Source of the DNA: Thermoplasmata archaeon
GTDB taxonomy: Archaea > Thermoplasmatota > Thermoplasmata > Lutacidiplasmatales > UBA184
DNA length: 56,405 nucleotides
Reading direction: 5' to 3'
NCBI GenBank assembly: GCA_021826685.1
Contig: JAKAYT010000006.1
Location: forward strand, 1 to 56,405
This document shows, piece after piece, positions 45,605 through 54,840 of the stretch. The notes beneath the pieces were generated by a model. That model made no database searches. It worked only from the letters and a program-made list of their open reading frames with translations, and was not told the DNA's origin. The stretch's first letter is position 1. The number at the start of each line of letters is the position of its first letter. Both the position numbers and the translations under genes were made by a program.

Positions 45605-46661
45605 CCCCCTCGGGCGACAGCAGCCGCACGAGGGAGCGGGTGCCCCCGATGCCCCCGAGTCGGACGGTCCGCTGCACGTACCCGGTTTGCTCCAAGCGCA
45701 GAATCCGTCGCCACAGTGTCGTGGAGGCAAGCGGTCGTCGACCCTGCGCCGCCGCGAGCTCGCGCTCGCGTTCGCGCACTCTAGCGAGGTCCGCCGGATC
45801 GGTTCGGGCCAGTTGGCGAAGCGCCTCGAGCAAGGAGCGTTCGACCGGCCCCTCCCAGGAACCAGGGCCCGGTCGATACACCGAGTCCGGTTGGAGCGCC
45901 GTCGCGCCGAGGAGCTCGCGGCGGAGGAGGTCGAGCGCGCGCGAGGCGCCTCGCCCGTCCCGACGAGCGCGCTCGACGATCGACGCGACGAGCCCCACGG
46001 GGCCCTCTCGCCCCAGCGCCCGGGAGAACCGATCGGCGACGATCGACCGCAGTTCTCCCTCGGCGAGAGGCGACAGCTCCCGGAGCGCGGCGGCGGGAGC
46101 CCACGCTCGACGGGCGCGCCGCACGGTGTCCGCCCGGCCGGCCACGACGACGGTGACCGGTGGAAGGCCCGCGACCCCCTCGGGAAGGTAGCGATCCGGC
46201 GTGCGGAAGGGTGCGACCAGCGGTTCGAGCGGAGGGCTCCCGCTGTCTAGATCATCCACCAGAACGACGATCGGACGCGCCTCCCGACGGATCCGGCGAA
46301 GGAACCCTGTCATGATCTCGGCCGTCGCGAATCCCCGGCCGACGAATCCCGGGTCGAGCTGTCGGAGGAGAGTGGTCGCGACTGCGGCCGCGCCTCGGCT
46401 CCCGCGCATCCGGGCCGCCAGCACGCGCGGCGACGGGCGATGCTCGTAGGGCGCGTCGGCGGCAAAACGCCGGATGGCCTGTCGGGCGACCGTGGACGTA
46501 CCGCTACCCTCGGTGCCGGCGACCCATAGATGGGGGGCGAGGGAAGGCGGCCCGTTCGCGTGCAACTGTTCGGCCAGCTCGGTGACTTCGCGAGCCCGGT
46601 GCATCGGATTCGGCGGGAGCCAATCGGCCGCGAGGACCTCCGGGTGAGGGACGGCGAACAT
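45516..46661 (-). CDS. Orc1/Cdc6-like AAA+/winged-helix protein with degenerate Walker motifs
   Basis: EVL..DWLP...HR.RE..EL N-terminus; GTEGSGTS; VVLVDDLD; ASRALDLLR; wH LWRRILRLEQTGY...GGTRSLVRL; start refined to ATG 46661 (TATA at ~46684). Confidence 0.78.
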   Translation of the reverse strand: MFAVPHPEVLAADWLPPNPMHRAREVTELAEQLHANGPPSLAPHLWVAGTEGSGTSTVARQAIRRFAADAPYEHRPSPRVLAARMRGSRGAAAVATTLLRQLDPGFVGRGFATAEIMTGFLRRIRREARPIVVLVDDLDSGSPPLEPLVAPFRTPDRYLPEGVAGLPPVTVVVAGRADTVRRARRAWAPAAALRELSPLAEGELRSIVADRFSRALGREGPVGLVASIVERARRDGRGASRALDLLRRELLGATALQPDSVYRPGPGSWEGPVERSLLEALRQLARTDPADLARVRERERELAAAQGRRPLASTTLWRRILRLEQTGYVQRTVRLGGIGGTRSLVRLLSPEGVSPRPIDIPRAYGSPAGAARPAWPLPRPG

Positions 46662-46804
46662 TGGAGGCACGAGGCCTGTTAGGTATATGAAATCACATAG
46701 CGGCGTGATAGTTGACTTTCCGAGGGCCGAACGATCGTCGCCCGGCGCCCCGGCGCGCGGCGAGGTTAAGTCTCGTGCACGTTGGCTTCGGTGGAGTTCG
46801 CACC

Positions 46805-47914
46805 ATGTCACGCCGTGTTACGCTCATTCCGGGGGACGGGATCGGGCCCGAAGTCACTCGGGCCGCCATCGACGTCGTCGCTGCCACGGGGGTCGCCATC
46901 GACTGGGAGGTCGCCGAAGCCGGAGAGAAGACTTTGGCGACGTTCGGTACACCCCTCCCGGACTCGGTCCTCGAGTCGATTCGCAGGAACCGCATCGCGC
47001 TCAAGGGCCCGATCACCACCCCCATCGGCAGCGGGTTCCGAAGCGTCAACGTCGCCCTGCGCCAGCAGCTCGACCTCTATGCGTCGGTGCGGCCGGCGCG
47101 CGCGATCGCCGGAGAAGGGACGCGGTTCCCCGAGACCGACCTGATCGTCGTGCGGGAGGCGACCGAGGGCCTGTACTCGGGGGTCGAGCACTGGGTCGAC
47201 CGCGACCACACCGCCGCCGAGACGGTGAACATCATCACTCGCAAGGCGTCCGAGCGGATCATCCGGTTCGCGTTCGAGCTCGCCCGACGCGAGCACCGCC
47301 ACAAGGTCACGGCGGTCCACAAGGCGAACATCATGAAGACGACGGGCGCGCTTTTCCAACAGGTTTTCCGGGAGATCGCCCCCCACTATGCCGACATCGC
47401 TTCCGAGGAGCGTCTGATCGACAACATGTGCATGCAACTCGTCAAAAAGCCGGAGGAGTACGATGTCATCGTCACGACGAACCTCATGGGCGACATCCTG
47501 TCGGACCTGTGCGCGGGGCTCGCCGGAGGGCTGGGCGTCGCTCCCGGGGCGATCTACGGCGACGGCGTCGCGGTCTTCGAGCCGGTCCACGGTTCCGCGC
47601 CCAAGTACGCGGGTCAGGACAAGGCCGATCCCGTGGCCGAGATTCTTTCGGCCGAGCTCCTGCTGAGGCACATCGGCGAGCGAGAGGCCGCCGACCGGAT
47701 CTGGCGGGCGGTCTGGGAGACGATCGAGGAGAAGAAGGTCGTCACCTACGATCTCGCGCTGCCCGGTTACACCGCGCGGCCGGTGCCCCCCTCGACCTGC
47801 TCGGCCATGGCGAAGGAGATCGCTCGCAAGGTACCGCTGGTCGATCTTTCGAAGCCTATGCCGCGAGTGACGACCAGCGCCAAGAGCGCGGTCGATCCCC
47901 ATCTCGAGGCGTAG
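46805..47914 (+). CDS. isocitrate/isopropylmalate dehydrogenase family (probably NAD-dependent IDH)
   Basis: [33 protein letters not shown] and FEPVHGSAP motifs. Confidence 0.92.
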   Translation: MSRRVTLIPGDGIGPEVTRAAIDVVAATGVAIDWEVAEAGEKTLATFGTPLPDSVLESIRRNRIALKGPITTPIGSGFRSVNVALRQQLDLYASVRPARAIAGEGTRFPETDLIVVREATEGLYSGVEHWVDRDHTAAETVNIITRKASERIIRFAFELARREHRHKVTAVHKANIMKTTGALFQQVFREIAPHYADIASEERLIDNMCMQLVKKPEEYDVIVTTNLMGDILSDLCAGLAGGLGVAPGAIYGDGVAVFEPVHGSAPKYAGQDKADPVAEILSAELLLRHIGEREAADRIWRAVWETIEEKKVVTYDLALPGYTARPVPPSTCSAMAKEIARKVPLVDLSKPMPRVTTSAKSAVDPHLEA

Positions 47915-47920
47915 GTAGGT

Positions 47921-48319
47921 TCACTCGAGTAGATCTTCGAGCTCGCCCGCGACCAGGCTGAGCAGTTGGTCGAGGGCTCGGTTCTTGAACTCGGTGATCT
48001 GGCCGGAGTTCGTTTCGATCCGGGCGAAGAACTCGTCTCCGTCACGGAGGAAGGCGAGCGAGAGCAGGTGACTGCGTCCGCTGGGGCCCCGGGTCGGCAG
48101 CGGCGCCACTGAGGGCTCGGGAGCCGGCGCGACGGGGCGGGACGGCTCGCGCCGCACGCTCTTCGGCGCCGGGCGAGGTGACGCGACCTTGGGCTTTGGC
48201 CCGGCCTTCTTCTTCGGGACCGGACGGGTCGGTCGGGGTCGGGGCTTCGATCGTCTCCGGGCCGCCGAACGGGCGGCGGGTCGGGACGCGCCAGATTTCT
48301 TCCGAGAAGGGCTCGGCAT
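47921..48319 (-). CDS. hypothetical protein: basic Lys/Arg/Pro-rich N-terminal tail plus small acidic C-terminal domain
   Basis: ATG 48319; ordered C-terminus HLLSLAFLRDGDEFFARIET...ELEDLLE; fills the gap between genes. Confidence 0.6.
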   Translation of the reverse strand: MPSPSRKKSGASRPAARSAARRRSKPRPRPTRPVPKKKAGPKPKVASPRPAPKSVRREPSRPVAPAPEPSVAPLPTRGPSGRSHLLSLAFLRDGDEFFARIETNSGQITEFKNRALDQLLSLVAGELEDLLE

Positions 48320-48535
48320 CCGATATCCCCGGATTCGACCGCACAAGGCTCCCCTATTTCAGCATGCCGATTTTCGCACGTGCACTGCCGCATCTACCGA
48401 TCGGGAGGGCCGCGGGCGCTGCGCCCCTCGGGGGAACGCGCGACGAACGTCAATGCTATTGGTAGGGGTCCTTCTTCTCCGCCGTACGGGTTCCGCCCTG
48501 GCGACGGGGCCCGGCACGGGAGACGGACGCTTCGC

Positions 48536-50335
48536 ATGGCGGGCAGGGAACGCACTTCCGATGGCCGCACCGACCTCCAGCCCGAGACCTTGCTCTGGCT
48601 CGGAGCGCTCGCGTTCCTAGTGGTATTCCTCGCGCTCGAACCCTACCTCTCCTTCTCGCTCTTCGGGTCGGACTCCGGCGAGTACTTCCGCATCACGAGT
48701 TCCTTGATTGCCACCGGCCACATCCCGACCGGTGCGGCCTATCTCGGGTGGGGCACGGCCTACCCCGACTTCCCCGGCATCTACCTTCTGGCCGGAGCCG
48801 GCATCGAGGGAATGGGCCTGAGCACCTTCTCCGGGCTCACGATCATCATACCGGTCGTCGCCGCGCTCAGCTTCCTTCCGATGTTCCTCCTGTTCCGCCG
48901 GCTCTTCCCGCACGATGGCGTCGCGCTGCTTGGAGCGGCGCTCGCCTCCGTGTTCATGCCGCGGGTCTTCTCGATCGCCCACCCGGCCCCGCTCGCGCTC
49001 GGGGATTTTTTGGTCGTCGCCGCGTTATGGATGTTCGTCGAGAGTCGGCGCGACCTGCGGTGGTACCTACCGCTGTCCCTCGCGGGAGGGGCGCTCATCG
49101 TCACGCACCACCTTTCGACCTTCTTCTTTCTCCTGAGCGCGCTGGGAGCGGTCGTTCTGCTGGAGCTCTGGCGGCCCGGTCTGTGGAGCCGCCGGTTCCC
49201 GACCCGAGAGCTCGCCTTCCTTGCCGGGATGTCCACCGCGACCCTCGCGTTCTGGTTCTGGGCCGCCCCGACGTTCGTGTCCGATGTGATCGAGCCCGGA
49301 CTCGGACATTCCGTGCTCGCCAACTTCGCCCCGCTGGAGGCCATCGTGCTGGCGGGGATCGCCCTCGCCGGCCTCCTCGTGGTGCTCCGACGGGGCCGGT
49401 TCCGCCCGGTCCGCGGAAGCTGGCTCGGGATCCCCACGACCCGCTCCCTCTCGCAGGACCTCCTGCTGCTCACGATCCTCATCGCCGCGGGGGTGTCGAC
49501 GATCATCTTTGTCCCGTTGCCGGGAACCAGTCAGCTGGCGACTCCCGCCACGGTACTCTGGTTCTCTCCCATCTTCGTGGTAGGGATTCTGTGCGCCGGG
49601 AGCCGACGGACCCCGACCGTCTCCCGCCTCGGGCTCTTCTCGGTCACGTGGACGCTCGCCCTGGGGATCGCGGCCGTGCTCGTGCTCGTGGCCTCGTATT
49701 TCACCAAGGGTTCAGCGATCGTCGAGGCGATCCCCGCTTCCCGGTTCGTCGAGTACCTGATGATCCCGATCGGCCTTCTGGCGGCGATCGGTATCGGCCG
49801 GCTCTTGGCACGCGCGGACGACCGGCTCGGCCGACGCGCCTTCGTCGCCGCGTGCCTCGGGATCTTCGTCTTAGTCGCGGCCAACGCGGCGATCATCTAT
49901 CCTCCGCAGCAGGATTTCGGAGGGTTCCAGGAAGGGCTGACCGTCGCGGACTCGGGGTTATGGATGTGGACGGGGATGAACGTCCCCGCGAGCGCGGCGG
50001 TCGCCAGCGACCACCGCATGAGCTCCATGGTCTTCGGCTTCGACCACAATCCGGCGACGTGGGATTCGACGCCCGCATTATTCACCGGGTCCAACTGGTC
50101 CGCGGCGCAGGCCGAACTCGCCCGTTCTCCCGCGCCGTACGCCTTACATGCGATCGATTACGTGATCGTGGACTCGGTGATGCACATCGGCGTCGCCCTC
50201 AACCCCTCGGGATTGGCCAAGCCGCTGAGCGCGGCGGCGATCGCGTGGTTGGGCGAAATGCCGTTCGTCCCCCTCTACGAGAACGGTTCGAACGTGATCT
50301 ACCTCGTCGACTTCGCCGATCTCCCCTCGTCATAG
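48536..50335 (+). CDS. multi-pass membrane protein, GT-C-like glycosyltransferase candidate
   Basis: TM1 followed by a GSDSGEY loop, YPDFPG, THHLST, ~13 TM helices and a soluble C-terminal domain (DYVIVD...LYENG..VIY). Confidence 0.7.
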   Translation: MAGRERTSDGRTDLQPETLLWLGALAFLVVFLALEPYLSFSLFGSDSGEYFRITSSLIATGHIPTGAAYLGWGTAYPDFPGIYLLAGAGIEGMGLSTFSGLTIIIPVVAALSFLPMFLLFRRLFPHDGVALLGAALASVFMPRVFSIAHPAPLALGDFLVVAALWMFVESRRDLRWYLPLSLAGGALIVTHHLSTFFFLLSALGAVVLLELWRPGLWSRRFPTRELAFLAGMSTATLAFWFWAAPTFVSDVIEPGLGHSVLANFAPLEAIVLAGIALAGLLVVLRRGRFRPVRGSWLGIPTTRSLSQDLLLLTILIAAGVSTIIFVPLPGTSQLATPATVLWFSPIFVVGILCAGSRRTPTVSRLGLFSVTWTLALGIAAVLVLVASYFTKGSAIVEAIPASRFVEYLMIPIGLLAAIGIGRLLARADDRLGRRAFVAACLGIFVLVAANAAIIYPPQQDFGGFQEGLTVADSGLWMWTGMNVPASAAVASDHRMSSMVFGFDHNPATWDSTPALFTGSNWSAAQAELARSPAPYALHAIDYVIVDSVMHIGVALNPSGLAKPLSAAAIAWLGEMPFVPLYENGSNVIYLVDFADLPSS

Positions 50336-51042
50336 GGAACGAGGGTCCCATCGCGACGCCATAGAAGGATCGGCGTGGAGCTCGCACGCGCGAGCTCTTC
50401 TAACGCCCGCGCGGCCCAAGCGAGCTTGGCCCGCTTGCGGGCTTTCTGGGCCGAGCCTTCCTCGCGGACACGATCGAAGTCGAATGCCCATAATAGGATC
50501 CTGCGCGCGCCCCGATCCTCGGCCAAGTAGGCGGCGCGGTCGCCGTCGGTGAACCCTCCCACGTTGATCAACTCCGCATCGGGCGGACCCGCCCACGACC
50601 CGGCCAGCTCTTTGGAGAACTCGGGGACCCAAGTGGCCAGGGCCGGCCGGTTGTCCGAGTGGGCGTGTACGACGACGAAGCTCCCCCGGTGGTGGGCCGT
50701 GACCTCGCTCTCCACGGGACCATCCAGATCGGTCGTGATCACGTCCGGAACGAGGTTCGCGCTGAGGCATGCCACGGTGGCGCCGTCCGCGGCCAGGACC
50801 GCCGGTCGAGGGTCGGAGGCCGGGAGCCGCCAGACCGGAGGCGGTCCCCCGCCGGGGGCCCGCCCGACCACGACCGCGTCCCGTCCCTCCAGCCGGAGGC
50901 GTAACCGCTCGAGGGCACGGGTGCGGGCCGGGGTCGGTAGTAGCCGCCGAAGCTCTTCGGCCGCCTCGCGTTCGCGTGCGAGATCAAAACCGAACTCCCG
51001 GGCGATCCGCTCGTAGATAGGGGCCCAGCGGGCGTACTCCAC
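50299..51042 (-). CDS. mptE: 6-hydroxymethyl-7,8-dihydropterin diphosphokinase (DUF115)
   Basis: W.PIYERIAREFGF, AADGA, TTDLDG, HAHSDN, GGFTDGDRA and KRAKL.WA motifs. Confidence 0.88.
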   Translation of the reverse strand: MEYARWAPIYERIAREFGFDLAREREAAEELRRLLPTPARTRALERLRLRLEGRDAVVVGRAPGGGPPPVWRLPASDPRPAVLAADGATVACLSANLVPDVITTDLDGPVESEVTAHHRGSFVVVHAHSDNRPALATWVPEFSKELAGSWAGPPDAELINVGGFTDGDRAAYLAEDRGARRILLWAFDFDRVREEGSAQKARKRAKLAWAARALEELARASSTPILLWRRDGTLVPYDEGRSAKSTR

Positions 51043-51070
51043 GGTTTTCCCCTTTCTCATCGGACAGCGC

Positions 51071-51077
51071 TTTATAA
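51071..51077. promoter_or_regulatory. TATA box between divergent mptE and ftsZ
   Basis: TTTATAA, readable on both strands, in a short divergent gap. Confidence 0.65.
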
Positions 51078-51116
51078 GAGGCCCCTGTCCTGTCCGCCGC
51101 CGAGGAATCGATCCGA

Positions 51117-52214
51117 ATGCGACCGCTAGCGAACGAAATCCTATCCCATCTCCCGAAGAGCGAGGAAACCAAGCCGTCCGCCGGCGCGTCCAGCGACGAT
51201 GCCGAGCTCGAGCAACTGCTCGCGACGCTCCGCGTGAACATCCGGGTCGTCGGGTGCGGCGGCGGTGGGTCGAACACGATCAACCGCCTCATCGAGGATG
51301 GCCTCACGGAGGCGGAGACGATCGCCTGCAACACCGACGCGCAACACTTGTTGACCGTTCACTCCAACCGTAAAGTGCTCCTCGGTCGACGCCTGACCCG
51401 GGGCCTCGGGGCCGGGGCGCTGCCGGACGTCGGCGCGAAGGCAGCCCTCGAGGCCCTGGAGGACCTCAAGGGGCTCCTCAAGAGTTCGGACATGGTCTTC
51501 ATCACCTGCGGTCTCGGGGGAGGCACCGGCACCGGTTCCGCTCCGATCGTCGCGCAGGCCGCGAAGGCCAGCGGCAACGATCCGTTGACGATCGCCGTCT
51601 GCACGTTGCCGTTCGCCTCCGAGGGAACGGTTCGGGCCGAGAACGCTCAGGAAGGGCTCGATAAGCTGAGGAACGTCGCGGACACGGTCATCACCATCCC
51701 GAACGACCGACTGTTGGAGCTGGTTCCCCGTCTCCCCGTCCAGACCGCGTTCAAAGTCGCCGACTCGGTGCTCGCGCGGGCGATCCGCGGCATCACGGAG
51801 CTGATCACGCGCCCGGGTCTCGTGAACCTCGATTTCAACGACCTGCGCACGATCATGAAGGGCGGTGGCGTCGCTCTGATCGGTATCGGAGAGTCCGAGA
51901 GCGACAACCGTGCCGAGGATGCGATCAACGAAGCCATCCACTCACCGCTGCTCAAGGTCGACATCGCCGGGGCGACCGGCGCGCTGGTCAACGTGACCGG
52001 GGGGCCGGATATGTCCGTGGGCGAGGCGGCCAAGGTCGCCGAGGTCGTTCAGAAGTCACTTGCGCCTAACGCACGGATTATCTGGGGTGCGGCCATCGAT
52101 CCTACGATGCAGCATACTCTGCGCGTGATGCTGGTGGTCACCGGGGTTAAATCCCCCCAGATTCTCGGGGCGCATCCCGGGGCGAGCTCCTCCGAGATCG
52201 ACCGGGTCCGCTAG
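51117..52214 (+). CDS. ftsZ: cell division protein FtsZ
   Basis: [27 protein letters not shown] and NLDFND motifs. Confidence 0.98.
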   Translation: MRPLANEILSHLPKSEETKPSAGASSDDAELEQLLATLRVNIRVVGCGGGGSNTINRLIEDGLTEAETIACNTDAQHLLTVHSNRKVLLGRRLTRGLGAGALPDVGAKAALEALEDLKGLLKSSDMVFITCGLGGGTGTGSAPIVAQAAKASGNDPLTIAVCTLPFASEGTVRAENAQEGLDKLRNVADTVITIPNDRLLELVPRLPVQTAFKVADSVLARAIRGITELITRPGLVNLDFNDLRTIMKGGGVALIGIGESESDNRAEDAINEAIHSPLLKVDIAGATGALVNVTGGPDMSVGEAAKVAEVVQKSLAPNARIIWGAAIDPTMQHTLRVMLVVTGVKSPQILGAHPGASSSEIDRVR

Positions 52215-52232
52215 AACCTACGGGGAAGGACC

Positions 52233-52478
52233 ATGGCAGTCATCGATCGTGCCCGCACCATGCAGGACGAGTTCGACGCTCGTCTCAAGCGGATCGGCCA
52301 CGGAAAGTACGGCCGCATCCTCCGGATGGCGCGCAAGCCGAGCCGAGAGGAGTACATCCGCGTCCTCCAGATCACGTTTGCCGGCGCGGCGATCATCGGG
52401 CTCACGGGATTCGCGATCTACGTGTTCTTCACGGCGGCCGGGCCGTGGCTCTGGTCGAACTACTTCGCGGGACTCTAG
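52233..52478 (+). CDS. secE: protein translocase SecE/Sec61-gamma
   Basis: RILRMARKPSREEY followed by a TM helix; ftsZ-secE-spt5 synteny. Confidence 0.93.
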   Translation: MAVIDRARTMQDEFDARLKRIGHGKYGRILRMARKPSREEYIRVLQITFAGAAIIGLTGFAIYVFFTAAGPWLWSNYFAGL

Positions 52479-52496
52479 GCGCGCGCGGAAATCAGC

Positions 52497-53507
52497 ATGG
52501 CCGGAGTTCCACCGCACGACGAGGACGAGGAGGGCATCGGCCTCCTCGGTCCCGAGCCTACCGCGGCCGTCGCGCCGCCCAAGGCGGCGCCGTCGGCGCC
52601 GAGCGCGGCCTCCCCGGCGCCGACCTTGAGCCCGGCACCGGCCCGGCCGGGGGCTCCGACGCAACTCTCGCTCAAGGCGGCCGACGACACCGTCCGTCCC
52701 GTCACGGCGGGAACGGTCACGACGCTCAGCGCGGTCCTCTCGAGCACCAAGGGCGAGGGTGGGCCTGCGGAGCTCACGATCGAGGTCGGGTACACCTCGA
52801 CCTATCCCGGAGAGGGCGCGGAGTGGCCCGTCCGCTGGGTCCCTCCCGGCAAACGGACCGCCGTTGAGCTCTTTGCCCGCCGCCAAACCATCGAGGTCGA
52901 GATCCCGCCCAACGGCGCCGTCCCGCTCTCGTTCGAGATCACCGCCCCGGTCGGCGTGCGCTACGGGGACCGCCTCGAGGTCCGCCTCTCGGCGAAGGGC
53001 GCGGCGGGTGGCACGCCGGCCCGGCTCACGCTCGCCTGCGTCGCGCGCCAGTCCCTACTGGCGATCAAAACGTCCCGCGGCTACGAGCGCGAGGTCGCCG
53101 ACACTCTCCTCGCACGGGCCGAGGAGAAGCCCGACGTCGTCTTCGCGATGCTCGTGCCGAGCGCGCTGCGCGGTTACGTCTTCGCGGAGGGGATGAGCTT
53201 CGAAGGCGTGCACGAGATGCTCAAGGGAATTCGGAAGGCCCGGGGCTTGGTTGCCGGGGAGACCACCCTGAAGGAGGTCGAACCGCTCCTCGTCCCGCAG
53301 ATCACGGTCGAAGGCTTCGTCGAGGGCGCGATCGTCGAGCTCATTAGCGGTCCGTTCAAGGGTGAGAAGGCCCGCGTCAAGAAGATCGACCAAGCGAAGG
53401 AAGAGATCACGGTCGAGCTGATCGAGGCGGTGGTCCCGATCCCCGTTACGGTACGCGGAGATCACGTGCGCATGTTGGAGAAGGGAGGCGGAAAGAGTGG
53501 CGGATGA
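52497..53507 (+). CDS. spt5: transcription elongation factor Spt5 with N-terminal extension
   Basis: NGN domain (AIKTSRGYE...LRGYVFAE) and KOW (GPFKGEKARV...PIPVTV) from residue ~185. Confidence 0.93.
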   Translation: MAGVPPHDEDEEGIGLLGPEPTAAVAPPKAAPSAPSAASPAPTLSPAPARPGAPTQLSLKAADDTVRPVTAGTVTTLSAVLSSTKGEGGPAELTIEVGYTSTYPGEGAEWPVRWVPPGKRTAVELFARRQTIEVEIPPNGAVPLSFEITAPVGVRYGDRLEVRLSAKGAAGGTPARLTLACVARQSLLAIKTSRGYEREVADTLLARAEEKPDVVFAMLVPSALRGYVFAEGMSFEGVHEMLKGIRKARGLVAGETTLKEVEPLLVPQITVEGFVEGAIVELISGPFKGEKARVKKIDQAKEEITVELIEAVVPIPVTVRGDHVRMLEKGGGKSGG

Positions 53508-53970
53508 AGTGAGTGTCCTCGTCGAAGGTGGCAAGGCCTCCGGGGGCCCCCCGCTCGGCCCGGCGCTCGGACCGCTCGGAGTCAACGTCGGTCAGGTCGT
53601 CGCGGCGATCAATAAGCAGACCGCCCAATTCCAGGGGATGCGCGTGCCGGTCGTCGTGAGGGTCAACCCTCAGACCCGGGAATTCACGCTCACGGTCGGC
53701 CGTCCTCCGGTGGCGGCACTCCTTCTCAAAGAGGCCGGGAAGGAAAAGGGCTCCGGCAAGGCGAAGACGGAGGTCGCGGGCGACGTGAGCCTGGACGCCG
53801 TGAAGAAGATCGCCGAAGCGAAGGGCGACGACCTCTTCGGACAGACGATCGAGCAGAAGATGAACCAGGTCATCGGGACGTGCGTCTCTCTCGGGCTCAC
53901 CGTCGGGGGGAAGGACCCACGCGCGGTGCTTCACGAGCGCGTGGGGACGGCGGAGAAGGCCACCGTATGA
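53497..53970 (+). CDS. rpl11: 50S ribosomal protein uL11
   Basis: GGKASGGPPLGPALGPLG and GTCVSLG motifs. Confidence 0.96.
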   Translation: MADEVSVLVEGGKASGGPPLGPALGPLGVNVGQVVAAINKQTAQFQGMRVPVVVRVNPQTREFTLTVGRPPVAALLLKEAGKEKGSGKAKTEVAGDVSLDAVKKIAEAKGDDLFGQTIEQKMNQVIGTCVSLGLTVGGKDPRAVLHERVGTAEKATV

Positions 53971-54266
53971 TGGGATCTTCCGGGGCGCCTCCTCCCGACC
54001 TCTCGAACGCGGAGGTCGTTGATTACACCCCCATCGAGGGCGACGGTCGGGTCCGCCTGAAGCTCAAGGACGGGGCAACCATCGAGGTCCGCCTCGAGAT
54101 CATGAACATCCTTAGGGCGGGTAACGAGCCCAACACGGGGCTTCCGACTTACATCGTGCAATCGACGCCGCTGATCCGGCTCGTCGACTGCCCGAAGGAG
54201 CTTCGCAAGATCCCGGCGCGCCCCGGTACCGGCAAGGACCAGAAGTCGCTTCCCGGCTTCGGATAG
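53967..54266 (+). CDS. conserved-looking hypothetical protein
   Basis: ATGA coupling to rpl11; beta-rich LKLKDGATIEVRLEI...PNTGLPTYIVQS. Confidence 0.7.
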   Translation: MMGSSGAPPPDLSNAEVVDYTPIEGDGRVRLKLKDGATIEVRLEIMNILRAGNEPNTGLPTYIVQSTPLIRLVDCPKELRKIPARPGTGKDQKSLPGFG

Positions 54267-54324
54267 TTCCGAGCGACGGGGGGGCCCGCCCCGGAGGGAC
54301 GGGCCGAATCGGTTCGACGCTCGC

Positions 54325-54780
54325 CTACTGTACCGGTACCTTCACCTCGGTCGGGACGGGCTGGGGGCTCTGCTTGGGTAGCTCGAGCGTCAGCACGCCA
54401 TTCTCGACCTTGGCGACGGACTTGTCCGCGACGATCGGCTCGGGGAAGACGAGGCTGCGGTAGTAGCCCGAGTAGGTGCGCTCGCGGCGGACGTAGTTGG
54501 CGTCCTTCGAAGCGGTCGCGTTCGTGAACTCACCGCGGATCTCCACCACCTGGTCGCGGATGGTCACCGCGAGGTTCTCCTTCGGGATGCCGGGAACCTC
54601 GAGGGTCAGGCGGTAGGCGCTCGGGGTCTCCTCGACATCGGCCGGGGCCGCTCGCAGGGAGCGCTCGGGCGCGAAGCTGCCGAACGGCTCGAAGAACGCG
54701 TGGCGCAGGCTCTCGAACGCGCGGTCGAAGTCGGTCCAGGGCAGCACGTCGCTTTCGACGGAAGCTATTTCGGTCGTCAT
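54325..54780 (-). CDS. hsp20: small heat shock protein (Hsp20/alpha-crystallin)
   Basis: EVPGIPKENL, RRERTYSGYYRSL, ENGVLTLELPK and C-terminal VPV; GAGGT SD; start refined to 54780. Confidence 0.95.
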   Translation of the reverse strand: MTTEIASVESDVLPWTDFDRAFESLRHAFFEPFGSFAPERSLRAAPADVEETPSAYRLTLEVPGIPKENLAVTIRDQVVEIRGEFTNATASKDANYVRRERTYSGYYRSLVFPEPIVADKSVAKVENGVLTLELPKQSPQPVPTEVKVPVQ

Positions 54781-54810
54781 AGTTACCTCGTTGGGTACCA
54801 GTGGTATGTT

Positions 54811-54829
54811 TGCATTACTATATAATGTA
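54811..54829 (-). promoter_or_regulatory. hsp20 TATA box embedded in an inverted repeat
   Basis: Minus strand TACATTATATAGTAATGCA: TTATATA flanked by CATTA/TAATG arms. Confidence 0.65.
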
Positions 54830-54840
54830 GTCGTATTGGT

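Noticed and set aside
46662-46804. Replication origin beside the cdc6-like gene
   Set aside because: The gap is short, with no ORB-like repeats and no extended AT-rich unwinding element.
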